In this document: piece by piece, positions 40,809 through 50,139 of the stretch | Position numbering within the stretch: the stretch's first letter is position 1 | Layout of the letters: the number at the start of each line of letters is the position of its first letter | Source of the DNA: a virus | Lineage: Duplodnaviria; Caudoviricetes | DNA: 64,000 bases | Reading direction: 5' to 3' (one strand) | Virus record (IMG/VR): IMGVR_UViG_3300015207_000465 | Span: 1 to 64,000 of that record | Position numbers and translations under genes: made by a program | Notes under the pieces: model-generated | What the model saw: the letters and a program-made list of their open reading frames with translations, nothing else | What the model was told of the DNA's origin: nothing | Database searches by the model: none

Positions 40809-41048
40809 ATGCCCAGACAAACTACAACCCAGAGAAACATCGCCCGCGCCGTTGGCGCGCAGCGATACAATGGCGGTGGCCGCTACGGTAGCGGTGGCGG
40901 CGGTCGCTATGTAGGTGAACGCAGAAACGGAACGGCGACAAATAGCGGACGTCGCAATAGCCAACTTGGAACTCGCGAACAGAAACGCGCAGACCTCCGA
41001 TACGCTTTTCGCGATGCTATTCGCGCTGCCGGCGGAACAACCGGCTAA
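40809..41048 (+). CDS. Small Gly/Arg-rich basic protein
   Basis: GGGRY repeats; ATG ORF upstream of the PAPS-reductase-like gene. Confidence 0.65.
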   Translation: MPRQTTTQRNIARAVGAQRYNGGGRYGSGGGGRYVGERRNGTATNSGRRNSQLGTREQKRADLRYAFRDAIRAAGGTTG

Positions 41049-41059
41049 CCGCGAGTCGC

Positions 41060-41836
41060 ATGAATAAGTTTGAAGAAACCATGCAAATAATTCGGAGTAT
41101 CCGTCAAAAGACGGATACTGCCGTTTTATTTTATTCAGCCGGTGGAAAGGATGGCATCGCCTTGCTTGATATGCTTGCGCCGGTCTTTGAGAAAGTCATT
41201 TGCTATTACATGTGGCTTGTGCCGGGTCTTGACCATGTGAAGCCCTATCTGAAATGGGCGGTAACGAAATATCCCAACGTGGAAATAAGGCAGATTCAGC
41301 ACTATCAACGCGACTACTACGACCGCTATGGATTTTTTCAGCTTGGCGAGGGCAATCCCGACATCAAGCCGCGCAAAGTCGGCGAGGTGGAAGAGATGGT
41401 GCGCCAAGAAACAGGTATCAAGTGGGCGTTCAGCGGAATGAAAGGCGTTGACGGCTACATGAAACGTATGCGTCTGCTGACGTTCAGAAAAAGAAACGGA
41501 ACATACCTCACCGACAAGGGCATGGTCTACCCGTTGGCTGTCTGGACTAACAAGGAGGTGCTTCGCTACATTGAGATGCGGAATCTTATCAAGCCGTTTG
41601 TCTACAATCCCAAGGATGTAAGTCAAGGCTTCGGTGTGGATTTGCGCTCTTTACTTGTATTGCGACAACGATTCCCGCAGGACTACGAGCGCACCATCCG
41701 GGAATTTCCATTTTGTGAAAAACTTATCTTCGACTATGAGAACGGCATACTGCCGCATGGTCAGGAAAAGGAGGTGCTTGAAATCATCAAACGCATAGAA
41801 ACCGAATCAGAAATCGAATTAGAGAATGAAGCCTAA
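41060..41836 (+). CDS. PAPS reductase-family (PP-loop) protein
   Basis: YSAGGKDG, GMK..D...R, YPLAVWTNKEV. Confidence 0.85.
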   Translation: MNKFEETMQIIRSIRQKTDTAVLFYSAGGKDGIALLDMLAPVFEKVICYYMWLVPGLDHVKPYLKWAVTKYPNVEIRQIQHYQRDYYDRYGFFQLGEGNPDIKPRKVGEVEEMVRQETGIKWAFSGMKGVDGYMKRMRLLTFRKRNGTYLTDKGMVYPLAVWTNKEVLRYIEMRNLIKPFVYNPKDVSQGFGVDLRSLLVLRQRFPQDYERTIREFPFCEKLIFDYENGILPHGQEKEVLEIIKRIETESEIELENEA

Positions 41837-42713
41837 CAAGATAAAACAAGCGGAACAGCGCACCGTCAAGCGAAGCGAAATCAATTTCGCTTCATACAAC
41901 CCCCGCACCATCAGCGACGATGCGCGTAAGAAGCTCAAGAAGAATTTGCAGTCAGTCGGCTTACTTGGCGGTGTCGTATGGAACGTGCGCACCGGCAATC
42001 TTGTATCCGGCCATCAAAAAGTCGCCATCATGGATGCCGTCAATCGTTACAACCCGGAAACGGGCGAGAACGATTATGAATTTCGTGTTGAGGTCGTAGA
42101 CCTTGATTTGAAGACGGAAAAGGAGCAAAACCTCTTTATGAACAATAAGGCGGTGCAGGGTACATACGATGACGATATGCTGCGCTCCCTACTGTCGGAA
42201 ATAGATTACACCAATGCCGGATTTGACGATGTTGATTTACAGCTTCTCGGTCTTGGCGATTTTGGCGACTACGACACCCTTAATCTGGGAATCGGCGACT
42301 TTGACACTGCCGGCGAATCGCAGAACGGCGACACAGGCACACCCCCCGGTCAGCCGGAAACAAAAGACTGGTCAAAGAACGATGTCGTTGGCGAGCGCGA
42401 AGACCTTGCCATACATGACGAAATGACAAAGGAAAGTGGCGAGAACCACAAACTTGACCGGTCGGCTGGCTTCTATGAAGATAGTGAGGCGAACCAGATT
42501 GCACGCCACAACGAGGTGCAGAAAATCAAAGACCGCATCGCAAGTCAGAATGATGTTGACAAGGATGGCGGTATGCTGTCCTATGTTGTCATCAGCTTCA
42601 AGACACCGAGCGAAAAAGTCCGTTTCATGGAATCATACGGCTTCGACCCGATGGCGAAATACATCAACGGTGAAGAGTTCCAGAATAAGATTGAGTTCGG
42701 CGAAGACGAGTAA
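41826..42713 (+). CDS. ParB/Srx N-terminal domain protein
   Basis: YNPRTIS..LKKNL...GLLGGVVWN..GNLVSGHQ. Confidence 0.85.
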   Translation: MKPNKIKQAEQRTVKRSEINFASYNPRTISDDARKKLKKNLQSVGLLGGVVWNVRTGNLVSGHQKVAIMDAVNRYNPETGENDYEFRVEVVDLDLKTEKEQNLFMNNKAVQGTYDDDMLRSLLSEIDYTNAGFDDVDLQLLGLGDFGDYDTLNLGIGDFDTAGESQNGDTGTPPGQPETKDWSKNDVVGEREDLAIHDEMTKESGENHKLDRSAGFYEDSEANQIARHNEVQKIKDRIASQNDVDKDGGMLSYVVISFKTPSEKVRFMESYGFDPMAKYINGEEFQNKIEFGEDE

Positions 42714-42797
42714 AGTTTAATTCTTTTCTTTAATAATTGCTTGCGTAATTAAAGAATTTTGTTTATCTTTGCACTCTAAATAAGCGCTATTAAAAAC

Positions 42798-43067
42798 ATG
42801 AGTAATATAGAAAATAACAATAATTACTGGGCATTGCGATGCAAACTTAATGATGCACATAAATTTGTGACGCCGGAAGAAGTTGCGCGTTTTCGTAAGG
42901 ATTACGCAGATGTTTTTAGGTCTTACAAAGACGAAAACGGCTTGCGGGTTTATACCGACGAAGAAGTCCAGTTTGAAGCATACGAATATTACGACGATAA
43001 GGAAATCGCTACATTTATTCACCAAGGTCAAACGCCAAAAGGGTTGGCCGATACTATGACGATGTAG
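42798..43067 (+). CDS. Hypothetical protein (moron with own promoter)
   Basis: TATCTTTG motif at ~42764; ATG ORF. Confidence 0.65.
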   Translation: MSNIENNNNYWALRCKLNDAHKFVTPEEVARFRKDYADVFRSYKDENGLRVYTDEEVQFEAYEYYDDKEIATFIHQGQTPKGLADTMTM

Positions 43068-43068
43068 A

Positions 43069-43695
43069 GTTAAGAGGCCTAAGTTTAAAAAAAGTTTCAA
43101 CGAAGAGTTGAATCGTAAGTTGTCGGATGGTGGAATAAAACATCATCCCGATGGTTTATATCCTGCTGGGGTGGGTGAATTCCATAAAGCAATTAAAATT
43201 GCTAAAAGAAATAATGGTAATGGGTGGATGGTAGAGAAAAAGGGCAGGGGAAGTTATTCCGGGCTACGCCTCTTTATGTCTAAAGATAAGAAGATGGGAT
43301 TTGCCTTAGATGGCGATAATATAGTGTCTGTCTTTAGCTGTAAGCCAAAAGGAAGTAATGCGATGGGTAAAATTATCCCATTTGCAGTAGCCATGGGTGG
43401 CAGAAGATTGGACTGTTTCGCAGGTGGTCTTCAAAATCTTTATGCCAAGTATGGTGCGCGTCCAACAGGAAAAACACATTTCGACGAGCGATATGCGCCT
43501 CCCGGGTGGGATGGAAAGTCTCATCATCCAATTGTAGCGATGAGATTGCCAAACTCCCTTGAAAAATTGATTAAGGCTTACAACCCAAGACAAAAAGTCA
43601 GCCTTAACGGGGTGCGGTATTATTCTTCGTATAATGACATGGAAAATTCAGCGAGAAAGCGTGGTGCAAGGAATAATATTAAACAAAGCTCTTAG
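43069..43695 (+). CDS. GNAT-like domain protein; proposed GTT start
   Basis: DNIVSVFS..AVAMGGRRLDCF...L..LY.KYG..P....FDERYAPPGWD; frame open from 43060; first ATG far inside; TTG 43108 is the alternative start. Confidence 0.65.
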   Translation, partial: VKRPKFKKSFNEELNRKLSDGGIKHHPDGLYPAGVGEFHKAIKIAKRNNGNGWMVEKKGRGSYSGLRLFMSKDKKMGFALDGDNIVSVFSCKPKGSNAMGKIIPFAVAMGGRRLDCFAGGLQNLYAKYGARPTGKTHFDERYAPPGWDGKSHHPIVAMRLPNSLEKLIKAYNPRQKVSLNGVRYYSSYNDMENSARKRGARNNIKQSS

Positions 43696-43741
43696 AGGCG
43701 CACTTGGCGGTGGAAAATAACTAACCTACACAAATACGATT

Positions 43742-44335
43742 ATGGCAAAGATTGACGAACTTATCCCATTCATCCTTTACTTTGAAGCCGGCGTAAACGC
43801 GAAGTGCATGAGCCTGCCCCCGGAGCAGATATTTGCACAGGCACGGAAGACCGGCTTTGCGAATGACCCTGACGATGCCGGCGGCGCAACGATGTGCGGC
43901 ATCACGATTGAAACCTACAAGGCATATTGTCGGAAAAAAGGCTATCCCGTGCCGACGGTCGCAAGACTGAAAACTATCAGTTATGAGCAGTGGCGCGACG
44001 TGCTGAAAACGCTTTACTGGGATAGATGGAAAGCCGACGAAATCAGCAGCCAAGCCATCGCGAACAATCTCGTTGATTGGGTATGGGCGAGCGGTGTTCA
44101 CGGCATCAAGATACCGCAGCGCATACTGGGCGTAACGCAAGACGGAATTGTCGGCCCGAAAACGCTGGCGGCTGTCAATGCGGCAAACGAGGCGCAGTTG
44201 TTCACGGCTATCCACGAAGCCCGTATCAGTTTTGTTGACGGCATCGTGCGCAGAAAGCCGAGTCAGAAGAAATTCATCAAAGGCTGGAAACGGCGCATCA
44301 ACGCTATCACCTTATCCGGTCTGAAATTCACTTAA
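43742..44335 (+). CDS. Endolysin (GH108-like plus peptidoglycan-binding domain)
   Basis: FANDPDDAGGATMCGIT, YWD.WKAD.I, DGIVGPKTLAA, FIKGW.RR. Confidence 0.9.
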   Translation: MAKIDELIPFILYFEAGVNAKCMSLPPEQIFAQARKTGFANDPDDAGGATMCGITIETYKAYCRKKGYPVPTVARLKTISYEQWRDVLKTLYWDRWKADEISSQAIANNLVDWVWASGVHGIKIPQRILGVTQDGIVGPKTLAAVNAANEAQLFTAIHEARISFVDGIVRRKPSQKKFIKGWKRRINAITLSGLKFT

Positions 44336-44500
44336 CCCTATAAACGAAGAAAGGAGGTCACAATGAAATCACGCAAATCATGCGGCGGCAAGAAGAAGCC
44401 CGGCAAGGGTGGTAAATGCTGACAACGAAACGAAGATAAAGGTCAGTCGGAAAATTACACAATCCCCGGCTGACCATAAACCCTTAAAAAGCAAAGCAGA

Positions 44501-44701
44501 GTTAGACGCAGGAAAACAAGAGAACAAATAGAAGCCCAAGCATCGCGCCTCAGTGAAGCTAATTGGCGCAGGCGTAATGTGTGGGAAAGCGGCACCGCAT
44601 CCCGTAGGGCAAAAGAGTCACGCGACCGATTGATAGATAAAGCCGAGAAGCGTGCTTTAGTTCAAAACGGATTAAGAATGGCGACCGGGGGGGGCAAATA
44701 G
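44501..44701 (+). CDS. Small Arg-rich protein (66 aa, not in ORF track); proposed GTT start
   Basis: (V)RRRKTREQIEAQASRLSEANWRRRNVWESG...; in-frame TAA at 44477; no ATG/GTG/TTG until codon 27; A-rich leader. Confidence 0.6.
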   Translation, partial: VRRRKTREQIEAQASRLSEANWRRRNVWESGTASRRAKESRDRLIDKAEKRALVQNGLRMATGGGK

Positions 44702-44720
44702 CACACTCCGTTCAAGGATA

Positions 44721-44790
44721 TGCGTGTTAGAGAAGCGGTCATCTCGCCGTCATCAGACGGAAATCGCAAGTTCGACTCTTGCACACGCAG
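44721..44790 (+). ncRNA. tRNA-like RNA with 4-nt anticodon loop
   Basis: TGCGTGT/ACACGCA, GAGA/TCTC, CCGTC-ATCA-GACGG, GCAAG-TTCGACT-CTTGC. Confidence 0.75.
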
Positions 44791-44824
44791 CATAGAAAAA
44801 TAACGGAATTTCATTATCACGACA

Positions 44825-45496
44825 ATGCCGAAGAAGCGAATTAGCAACAAGACACCGCGCAAGCCCAAGGCAACACCCTCGTTTGACTACGAGAGTGAGG
44901 AATTTCTGTCGCGCATTGATGCACTTGCTTTTGAGGGCTTTTACAATACGGAAATCGCTGACGAATTGAACATTAGCCGATACGAATTGGAAATGGCGAT
45001 AAGTCAGTGCGAAAAATTGCGCAACACGATAGCGTCTGCCCGCGAGCGTGCGCGTGCGCAAGGCGCGGAAATGCCATCACCCGCTATGTTCGCAAAGGTC
45101 TGGGCTGAATGTAACGGAAAGCGCACCCTACTGATGAAAAAGTTCGGAATTGGCTGGACTAAACTGCAATCGTGGTTGGCGCAAGAGCCGATATTCGTAG
45201 ATATAATGGCGGAACGCGACCTTGAATTTCTTGAGCAGATTGATGTCGCCAGCCGCATCCTTGCATTGGGCGGTGTGAAAGGAAAGGACAACTTTGCGGG
45301 ATGGAGTCGCTACCCCGACAGTTGGATGATGCGCTATCATCTGAATACACTCGGAAGACGATACGGCTATGGCGAGAATCCTATCCAACAGGAAGCCGAA
45401 GACACCGACATTCCGAAGAATATTGAACAAGGAATCGATATTGAAAGCTGGATTAAGCAGGAAGTGGAACAAAAGAAGCGTGATACGGAACAATGA
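44825..45496 (+). CDS. Terminase small subunit (putative)
   Basis: HTH segments; ATGA-coupled to TerL. Confidence 0.7.
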   Translation: MPKKRISNKTPRKPKATPSFDYESEEFLSRIDALAFEGFYNTEIADELNISRYELEMAISQCEKLRNTIASARERARAQGAEMPSPAMFAKVWAECNGKRTLLMKKFGIGWTKLQSWLAQEPIFVDIMAERDLEFLEQIDVASRILALGGVKGKDNFAGWSRYPDSWMMRYHLNTLGRRYGYGENPIQQEAEDTDIPKNIEQGIDIESWIKQEVEQKKRDTEQ

Positions 45497-47745
45497 TAAT
45501 CAACCATGAGATATATTACCCCCTTTATACCGACAAGGAGCATTTCATCATCCTTGTTACGGGCGGTCGTGGCTCTGGTAAATCATTCGGAATCGGCGGC
45601 TTCATAGAACGCCTATCGTTTGAATTGAAGCGCAAAGGCTATTCCAATTCAGACACCGATAAGATAGTCCACAACGTACTTTACACGCGCTACACGATGA
45701 CGAGTGCCAGCATTTCCGTTATCCCCGAGTTCTTGGAAAAGATAGACCTTGACGGCACGGGCAGGTATTTCCGCACAACGAAATCGGATATTGTCAACAA
45801 GATGACCGGCAGCCGCATCATGTTCCGCGGCATCAAGACATCATCGGGCAATCAAACCGCCAAGCTGAAATCAATTCATGGCATCACAACCTTTGTATGC
45901 GACGAAGCGGAAGAATGGACTTCTGACCGCGAGTTTGAAACAATCGCCTTTTCCATCCGTCAGCCGGGTATCCAAAATAGGATTATCATCATAATGAACC
46001 CGACCGACAGTAATCATTTCATCTATCAGAAATACATCAAGGATACGCACCGGATTGAGTATTTTGACGGATTCCCCGTGCAGATTTCCACGCATCCGCA
46101 AGTGCTTCACATCCACACTACATATCTTGACAACAAAGCCAATCTATCGGAAGAGTTCATCAAGTCTGCACAGGAGATGAAAGAGCGCGACCCGGAACGG
46201 TACGCCCACATCTTCATGGGCAGATGGGCAGACGTAGCCGAGGGTGCGGTCTTCAAGAAATGGGGCATCGTCAAAGAATTTCCGAAAAACTGCAAACGTG
46301 TGGCCCGCGGTCTTGACTTTGGATATACCAACGATGTCAGCGCGTGCGTGAAATGCGGCATCATCGGAAACGACCTTTACATCGACGAACAATTCTTCAA
46401 GTCCGGGATGCTTTCTTCCGAGCTGATAAAAGCACTGCGCGAAGATGATTCTTTCGTCTACGCCGACAGTGCCGACCCGCGACTGATTGACGAAATCGCC
46501 CTCGGTGGCGTAATCATCTACCCGGTTGCGAAGCCAGCCGGAAGCATCATCGCCGGCATAGAAAAGATGAAATCGTTTGACAACATCTTCATCACGGAAC
46601 GCTCGCTGAATGTTCAGGACGAGTTCAGAAATTATGTGTGGGCGAAAGACAAAGATGGTAACTACATCAACGTGCCGGAAGACAGATTCAACCACTGCTT
46701 TACAGGCGATACACTAATCATGACAACAAAGGGACAAATACCCATCTCGGAAATAACCACAAATGACTATGTGCTAACATCAAATGGTTGTAAAAGAGTA
46801 GAAAACACATTTAATAATGGACTCAAGAAGATATTGCATATTCGGTTGATTTTTGCTAATTTTGTAGTTGAGTTAAAAGGGACACCAGACCATAAAATAA
46901 AGACAGTTGATGGATGGAAACAACTACAAGAATTGACAAAAGGGGATGTGCTATACTTGTGCAAACCTTTAATGGAAAGGAGTACTCGCTCTATCCCGGA
47001 GAAAGATACTTCTCGCGAGGATGTAAGCGATTACACCGCGTCGTCTGGGAGTATTATTACGGTGCAATCCCCAAAGGGTGTCACATCCACCACAAAGACG
47101 GTGATACCCACAATAACGAAATCGGAAACCTCGAAATCGTGGAGTGTAAAAAACACCTATCGCTACATGCTGAAGAGCACAACGACAATCCTGAAATGCT
47201 TGCCGAGCTGCGTGATAGAATGGATTATGCCAGAGGGTATGCAAATAAATGGCATCGTTCAGAAGAAGGCATCGAATGGCATAGAAAACACGGCAAAGAG
47301 GTGGCAGAGAATCTTGAGCCGATTGAATTTACGTGCCAATGGTGTGGAAAGAAGTTTATGTCCAAGCCATGTGGAGCTAACAAATTCTGCTCAAACGGAT
47401 GTAAAACGAAGTTCAGATACCATTCCGGTATTGACAACGAAACAAGAATTTGCAAGCAATGCGGCAAAGAGTTTGTCGCAAACAAATACTCACGAACTTA
47501 CTATTGCTCCCGGCGATGCTCGGGATTGCATAGCGCAGCCGTGCGTCCTGAAAGGGATAGAGATAGTAGCGGAAAATACCGCTAAAGTATACGACATACA
47601 GGTTGCTGACATACACGAATATTTTGCAAATGGAATACTCGTGCATAATTGTGTCGATGCCTCTCGCTACTATGTCTTGGGCTGCATCCTTGGCAAAATA
47701 CTCAAGCCGAAGAATGTAAAGAAATCTGATTTAGGAATATTCTAA
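45493..47745 (+). CDS. terL: Terminase large subunit (PBSX type) containing an intein
   Basis: TGGRGSGKS, CDEAEE, MNP, GLDFGY, ADSADP, and NH|CVDASRY split by the intein; spliced length 432 aa. Confidence 0.95.
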   Translation: MIINHEIYYPLYTDKEHFIILVTGGRGSGKSFGIGGFIERLSFELKRKGYSNSDTDKIVHNVLYTRYTMTSASISVIPEFLEKIDLDGTGRYFRTTKSDIVNKMTGSRIMFRGIKTSSGNQTAKLKSIHGITTFVCDEAEEWTSDREFETIAFSIRQPGIQNRIIIIMNPTDSNHFIYQKYIKDTHRIEYFDGFPVQISTHPQVLHIHTTYLDNKANLSEEFIKSAQEMKERDPERYAHIFMGRWADVAEGAVFKKWGIVKEFPKNCKRVARGLDFGYTNDVSACVKCGIIGNDLYIDEQFFKSGMLSSELIKALREDDSFVYADSADPRLIDEIALGGVIIYPVAKPAGSIIAGIEKMKSFDNIFITERSLNVQDEFRNYVWAKDKDGNYINVPEDRFNHCFTGDTLIMTTKGQIPISEITTNDYVLTSNGCKRVENTFNNGLKKILHIRLIFANFVVELKGTPDHKIKTVDGWKQLQELTKGDVLYLCKPLMERSTRSIPEKDTSREDVSDYTASSGSIITVQSPKGVTSTTKTVIPTITKSETSKSWSVKNTYRYMLKSTTTILKCLPSCVIEWIMPEGMQINGIVQKKASNGIENTAKRWQRILSRLNLRANGVERSLCPSHVELTNSAQTDVKRSSDTIPVLTTKQEFASNAAKSLSQTNTHELTIAPGDARDCIAQPCVLKGIEIVAENTAKVYDIQVADIHEYFANGILVHNCVDASRYYVLGCILGKILKPKNVKKSDLGIF
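46696..47649 (+). mobile_element. Intein (318 aa) in the TerL nuclease motif
   Basis: Block A CFTGDTLI, block B GTPDHKI, block F VYDIQV..HEYFANG, block G ILVHN followed by Cys+1. Confidence 0.93.
46914..47585 (+). CDS. HNH homing endonuclease with two C-terminal Zn fingers, nested out of frame in the intein
   Basis: LHRVVWE..G.IPKG.HIHHKDGD..NN.I.NL; CQWC..FCSNGC and CKQC..YCSRRC. Confidence 0.88.
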   Translation: METTTRIDKRGCAILVQTFNGKEYSLYPGERYFSRGCKRLHRVVWEYYYGAIPKGCHIHHKDGDTHNNEIGNLEIVECKKHLSLHAEEHNDNPEMLAELRDRMDYARGYANKWHRSEEGIEWHRKHGKEVAENLEPIEFTCQWCGKKFMSKPCGANKFCSNGCKTKFRYHSGIDNETRICKQCGKEFVANKYSRTYYCSRRCSGLHSAAVRPERDRDSSGKYR

Positions 47746-47756
47746 CACTACCAGAT

Positions 47757-49214
47757 ATGACAAACTATTTACAGCAACTCTTAACTTACTTCCGAAACCT
47801 TACGCTGAATAGCGTTGGGGTTAATCGCACACTTTATCAGTTACTTCAAGACAAGGACATCAACCGCGCCCTTGAAATGATGGAAAACCACGATGACGAG
47901 GTTGACCAAGCTATCAAGGAGTACAATCCGCAGACCCATGATGTTATGAAACGCCCTAACAAATTCCGAAAAGGCGAAGACCCATACATCACGGAAAAGC
48001 TACCGCGCACCCGCGCCCGCTACATCAACGAAATTGAGCTTTTCTTTCTCCTCGGCAATCCTATTGAATGGAAGAAAGAAGAGGGCGACGATGACGGCTA
48101 CACGCTTTACACGGATTTCTTGAAAGACCAGTATTTCAACTCGCGCATTAGACAGGCGAAACGCCTCGCCGGGTCGGAAACCGAATCAGCCCTTATCTGC
48201 CACATCTATCGCGACGATGATACCGGCGAGCGCAAAATTAAGATGAATGTCTTGGCGCGTTCCACCGGCTATCGTCTGCGTCCATTGTTCGATACGATTG
48301 GAAACCTTGCCGCCTTTGCCTACGGATACGTCACAAAAGAGGGCGGTCGCAGTGTTCAACACTGGGATTTCCAAACGTCAAAGATTTTGGCTTTCTGCAA
48401 AAAGTCCTCTATCGGCTGGGAGGTGGAAATATACCCCAATCCCACAAACAAAATCAACGTCATCTATTTCCGTCAGCCGAAAGCATGGGATGGCGCGGAA
48501 CAGCGCATCAACCGTGAGGAGATGCTTGACAGCAAAACCGGTGACACCAACAATTACTTCTCAGACCCCATCGCCGCCGCTTCCGCAGATGTCATTCAGT
48601 CTATGGTTGACCCCGCGAAACCCGGCAAGCTGATTCAGTTGACTGGCGAAAAGTCGCGGTTTGAATACATCAATCCGCCGCAGTCTTCGCAGACCCGCGA
48701 ATCGGAACAATCCAACCTTGAAAGGAGTATCCTTTTTGACACCTACACACCCAACTTTGATACCGAGGCTATGAAAGGCTTCGGAACATTATCCGGCGTG
48801 GCTATCCGCAACGCTTTCATCCTTGGCTACATAAAGCGTGACAACCGCAAGGAAATCTACGAAGAGCTTATCGGTCGCTTCCGCAACATCGTTATCGGAA
48901 TACTCATCTTTGAGCATCCTGACAAAAGGGCGGCTCTTGAGTCACTCAAAATCAAGTTTGAATTTGCGGAACCGTTCACTGCCGATAAACAAGCCAAATG
49001 GCAATCCATCGCCCAGTTGTTCCAAGCCGGTCTTGTTTCACTTGAAACCGCAGTAACAATGCTGTCGCTGACCGATGCGCCGGAAGAAGAAATCAACCGC
49101 CTGTTGAAAGCTGCAGAGCAGAAGCAAGAGCAGGATGCGCCAGCTTCCGAACCGGCAAAACAAGAACCGGCGATGCCTCTCGTTAGCGTTCCGCGCAACC
49201 CCATCTCCGCATAA
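47757..49214 (+). CDS. Portal protein (SPP1-like)
   Basis: Follows TerL; 485 aa; FLLGNPI, LSGVAIR, SLETAV; terminator-like hairpin at ~49238-49270. Confidence 0.85.
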   Translation: MTNYLQQLLTYFRNLTLNSVGVNRTLYQLLQDKDINRALEMMENHDDEVDQAIKEYNPQTHDVMKRPNKFRKGEDPYITEKLPRTRARYINEIELFFLLGNPIEWKKEEGDDDGYTLYTDFLKDQYFNSRIRQAKRLAGSETESALICHIYRDDDTGERKIKMNVLARSTGYRLRPLFDTIGNLAAFAYGYVTKEGGRSVQHWDFQTSKILAFCKKSSIGWEVEIYPNPTNKINVIYFRQPKAWDGAEQRINREEMLDSKTGDTNNYFSDPIAAASADVIQSMVDPAKPGKLIQLTGEKSRFEYINPPQSSQTRESEQSNLERSILFDTYTPNFDTEAMKGFGTLSGVAIRNAFILGYIKRDNRKEIYEELIGRFRNIVIGILIFEHPDKRAALESLKIKFEFAEPFTADKQAKWQSIAQLFQAGLVSLETAVTMLSLTDAPEEEINRLLKAAEQKQEQDAPASEPAKQEPAMPLVSVPRNPISA

Positions 49215-49437
49215 ATCTGCCATTGTTTCATATCTGGATGCGCCACGCTCTGTGTTAAGGGTGTGGCGCATTGTTTATGTAGACATCGCACTATCAGCCA
49301 ATTAAAGTATTTACTTATATTAACAATAGTTAAAAATAACAATATGCTTTAATTTTTTGGCTTAAAAATTTGGTAGATTAAAGCAAAAGCTATAACTTTG
49401 CATCGTAATCAAAAACAAACCCAATAAGTAATAAGAT

Positions 49438-49635
49438 ATGAAACGTTACAAAGTAAACAAGGTTGAAAACGGCAAGCAGACAACACTCGCCAGCTTCAAC
49501 ACCGCAAATGAAGCAATCGACTATGCTACTGCATGGTCAAACGAGATGGTCAAGGCAGCCAAGCTCAAGCCGGCAGAACTTGACGAACTGCGCAAGACCA
49601 TAACCCGCGAGGTTACAACGCTCAAAATTTTCTGA
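49438..49635 (+). CDS. Hypothetical protein
   Basis: Preceded by a TAACTTTG promoter block. Confidence 0.6.
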   Translation: MKRYKVNKVENGKQTTLASFNTANEAIDYATAWSNEMVKAAKLKPAELDELRKTITREVTTLKIF

Positions 49636-49904
49636 CCCGGATATGGATATACAACACTTGCGGAAGCCCCACTTTCGCAAGCTATTGTTTCTTCATTATC
49701 GACATACGCAACCGGGCAAGAGAATAAACAAGCGTAAAACGCCCCAGATTTAGCGTCTGACGGCTTTTGCGACCCCAAAATGATAAGACGTACCACTCGC
49801 ACGTCAAACGCCGTTAAAAACGTCTTTGTCGCATTAATATGGCTATTCTATATTGCCGACCATAATAGCCGGCGCATTGTCAAACAAAAAAAGATTGATG
49901 AAGC

Positions 49905-50108
49905 ATGACATTACAGGAGTTTCAGCAGCAATCCATCACCCATATCAACAGGGGATGGAACGGTGAACGAGCCGCACGTCTTCTTGCCAAATTTAACGAC
50001 AAGAAAGAGTGCGTGAGGATATTCAACCGGTGCAAACTTATCGCATATCGGAATTGCATCTCTATTGGCGATGCCCGGCATCACTTGATTAGCCACGGCA
50101 AGGTATAG
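49905..50108 (+). CDS. Hypothetical protein
   Basis: ATG ORF. Confidence 0.5.
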   Translation: MTLQEFQQQSITHINRGWNGERAARLLAKFNDKKECVRIFNRCKLIAYRNCISIGDARHHLISHGKV

Positions 50109-50139
50109 GCGGCAGCAAACAAAGATGGCAAAAATGACG

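Noticed and set aside
44747-44760. Opal-suppressor (TCA) or Met (CAT) reading of the third tRNA-like gene
   Set aside because: The loop is only 4-6 nt, and no in-frame TGA-interrupted genes were seen
46870-46895. GAGTTAA inside the intein, with GTT in the HNH frame
   Set aside because: In-frame TAA at 46893 and TGA at 46908 separate it from the HNH ORF
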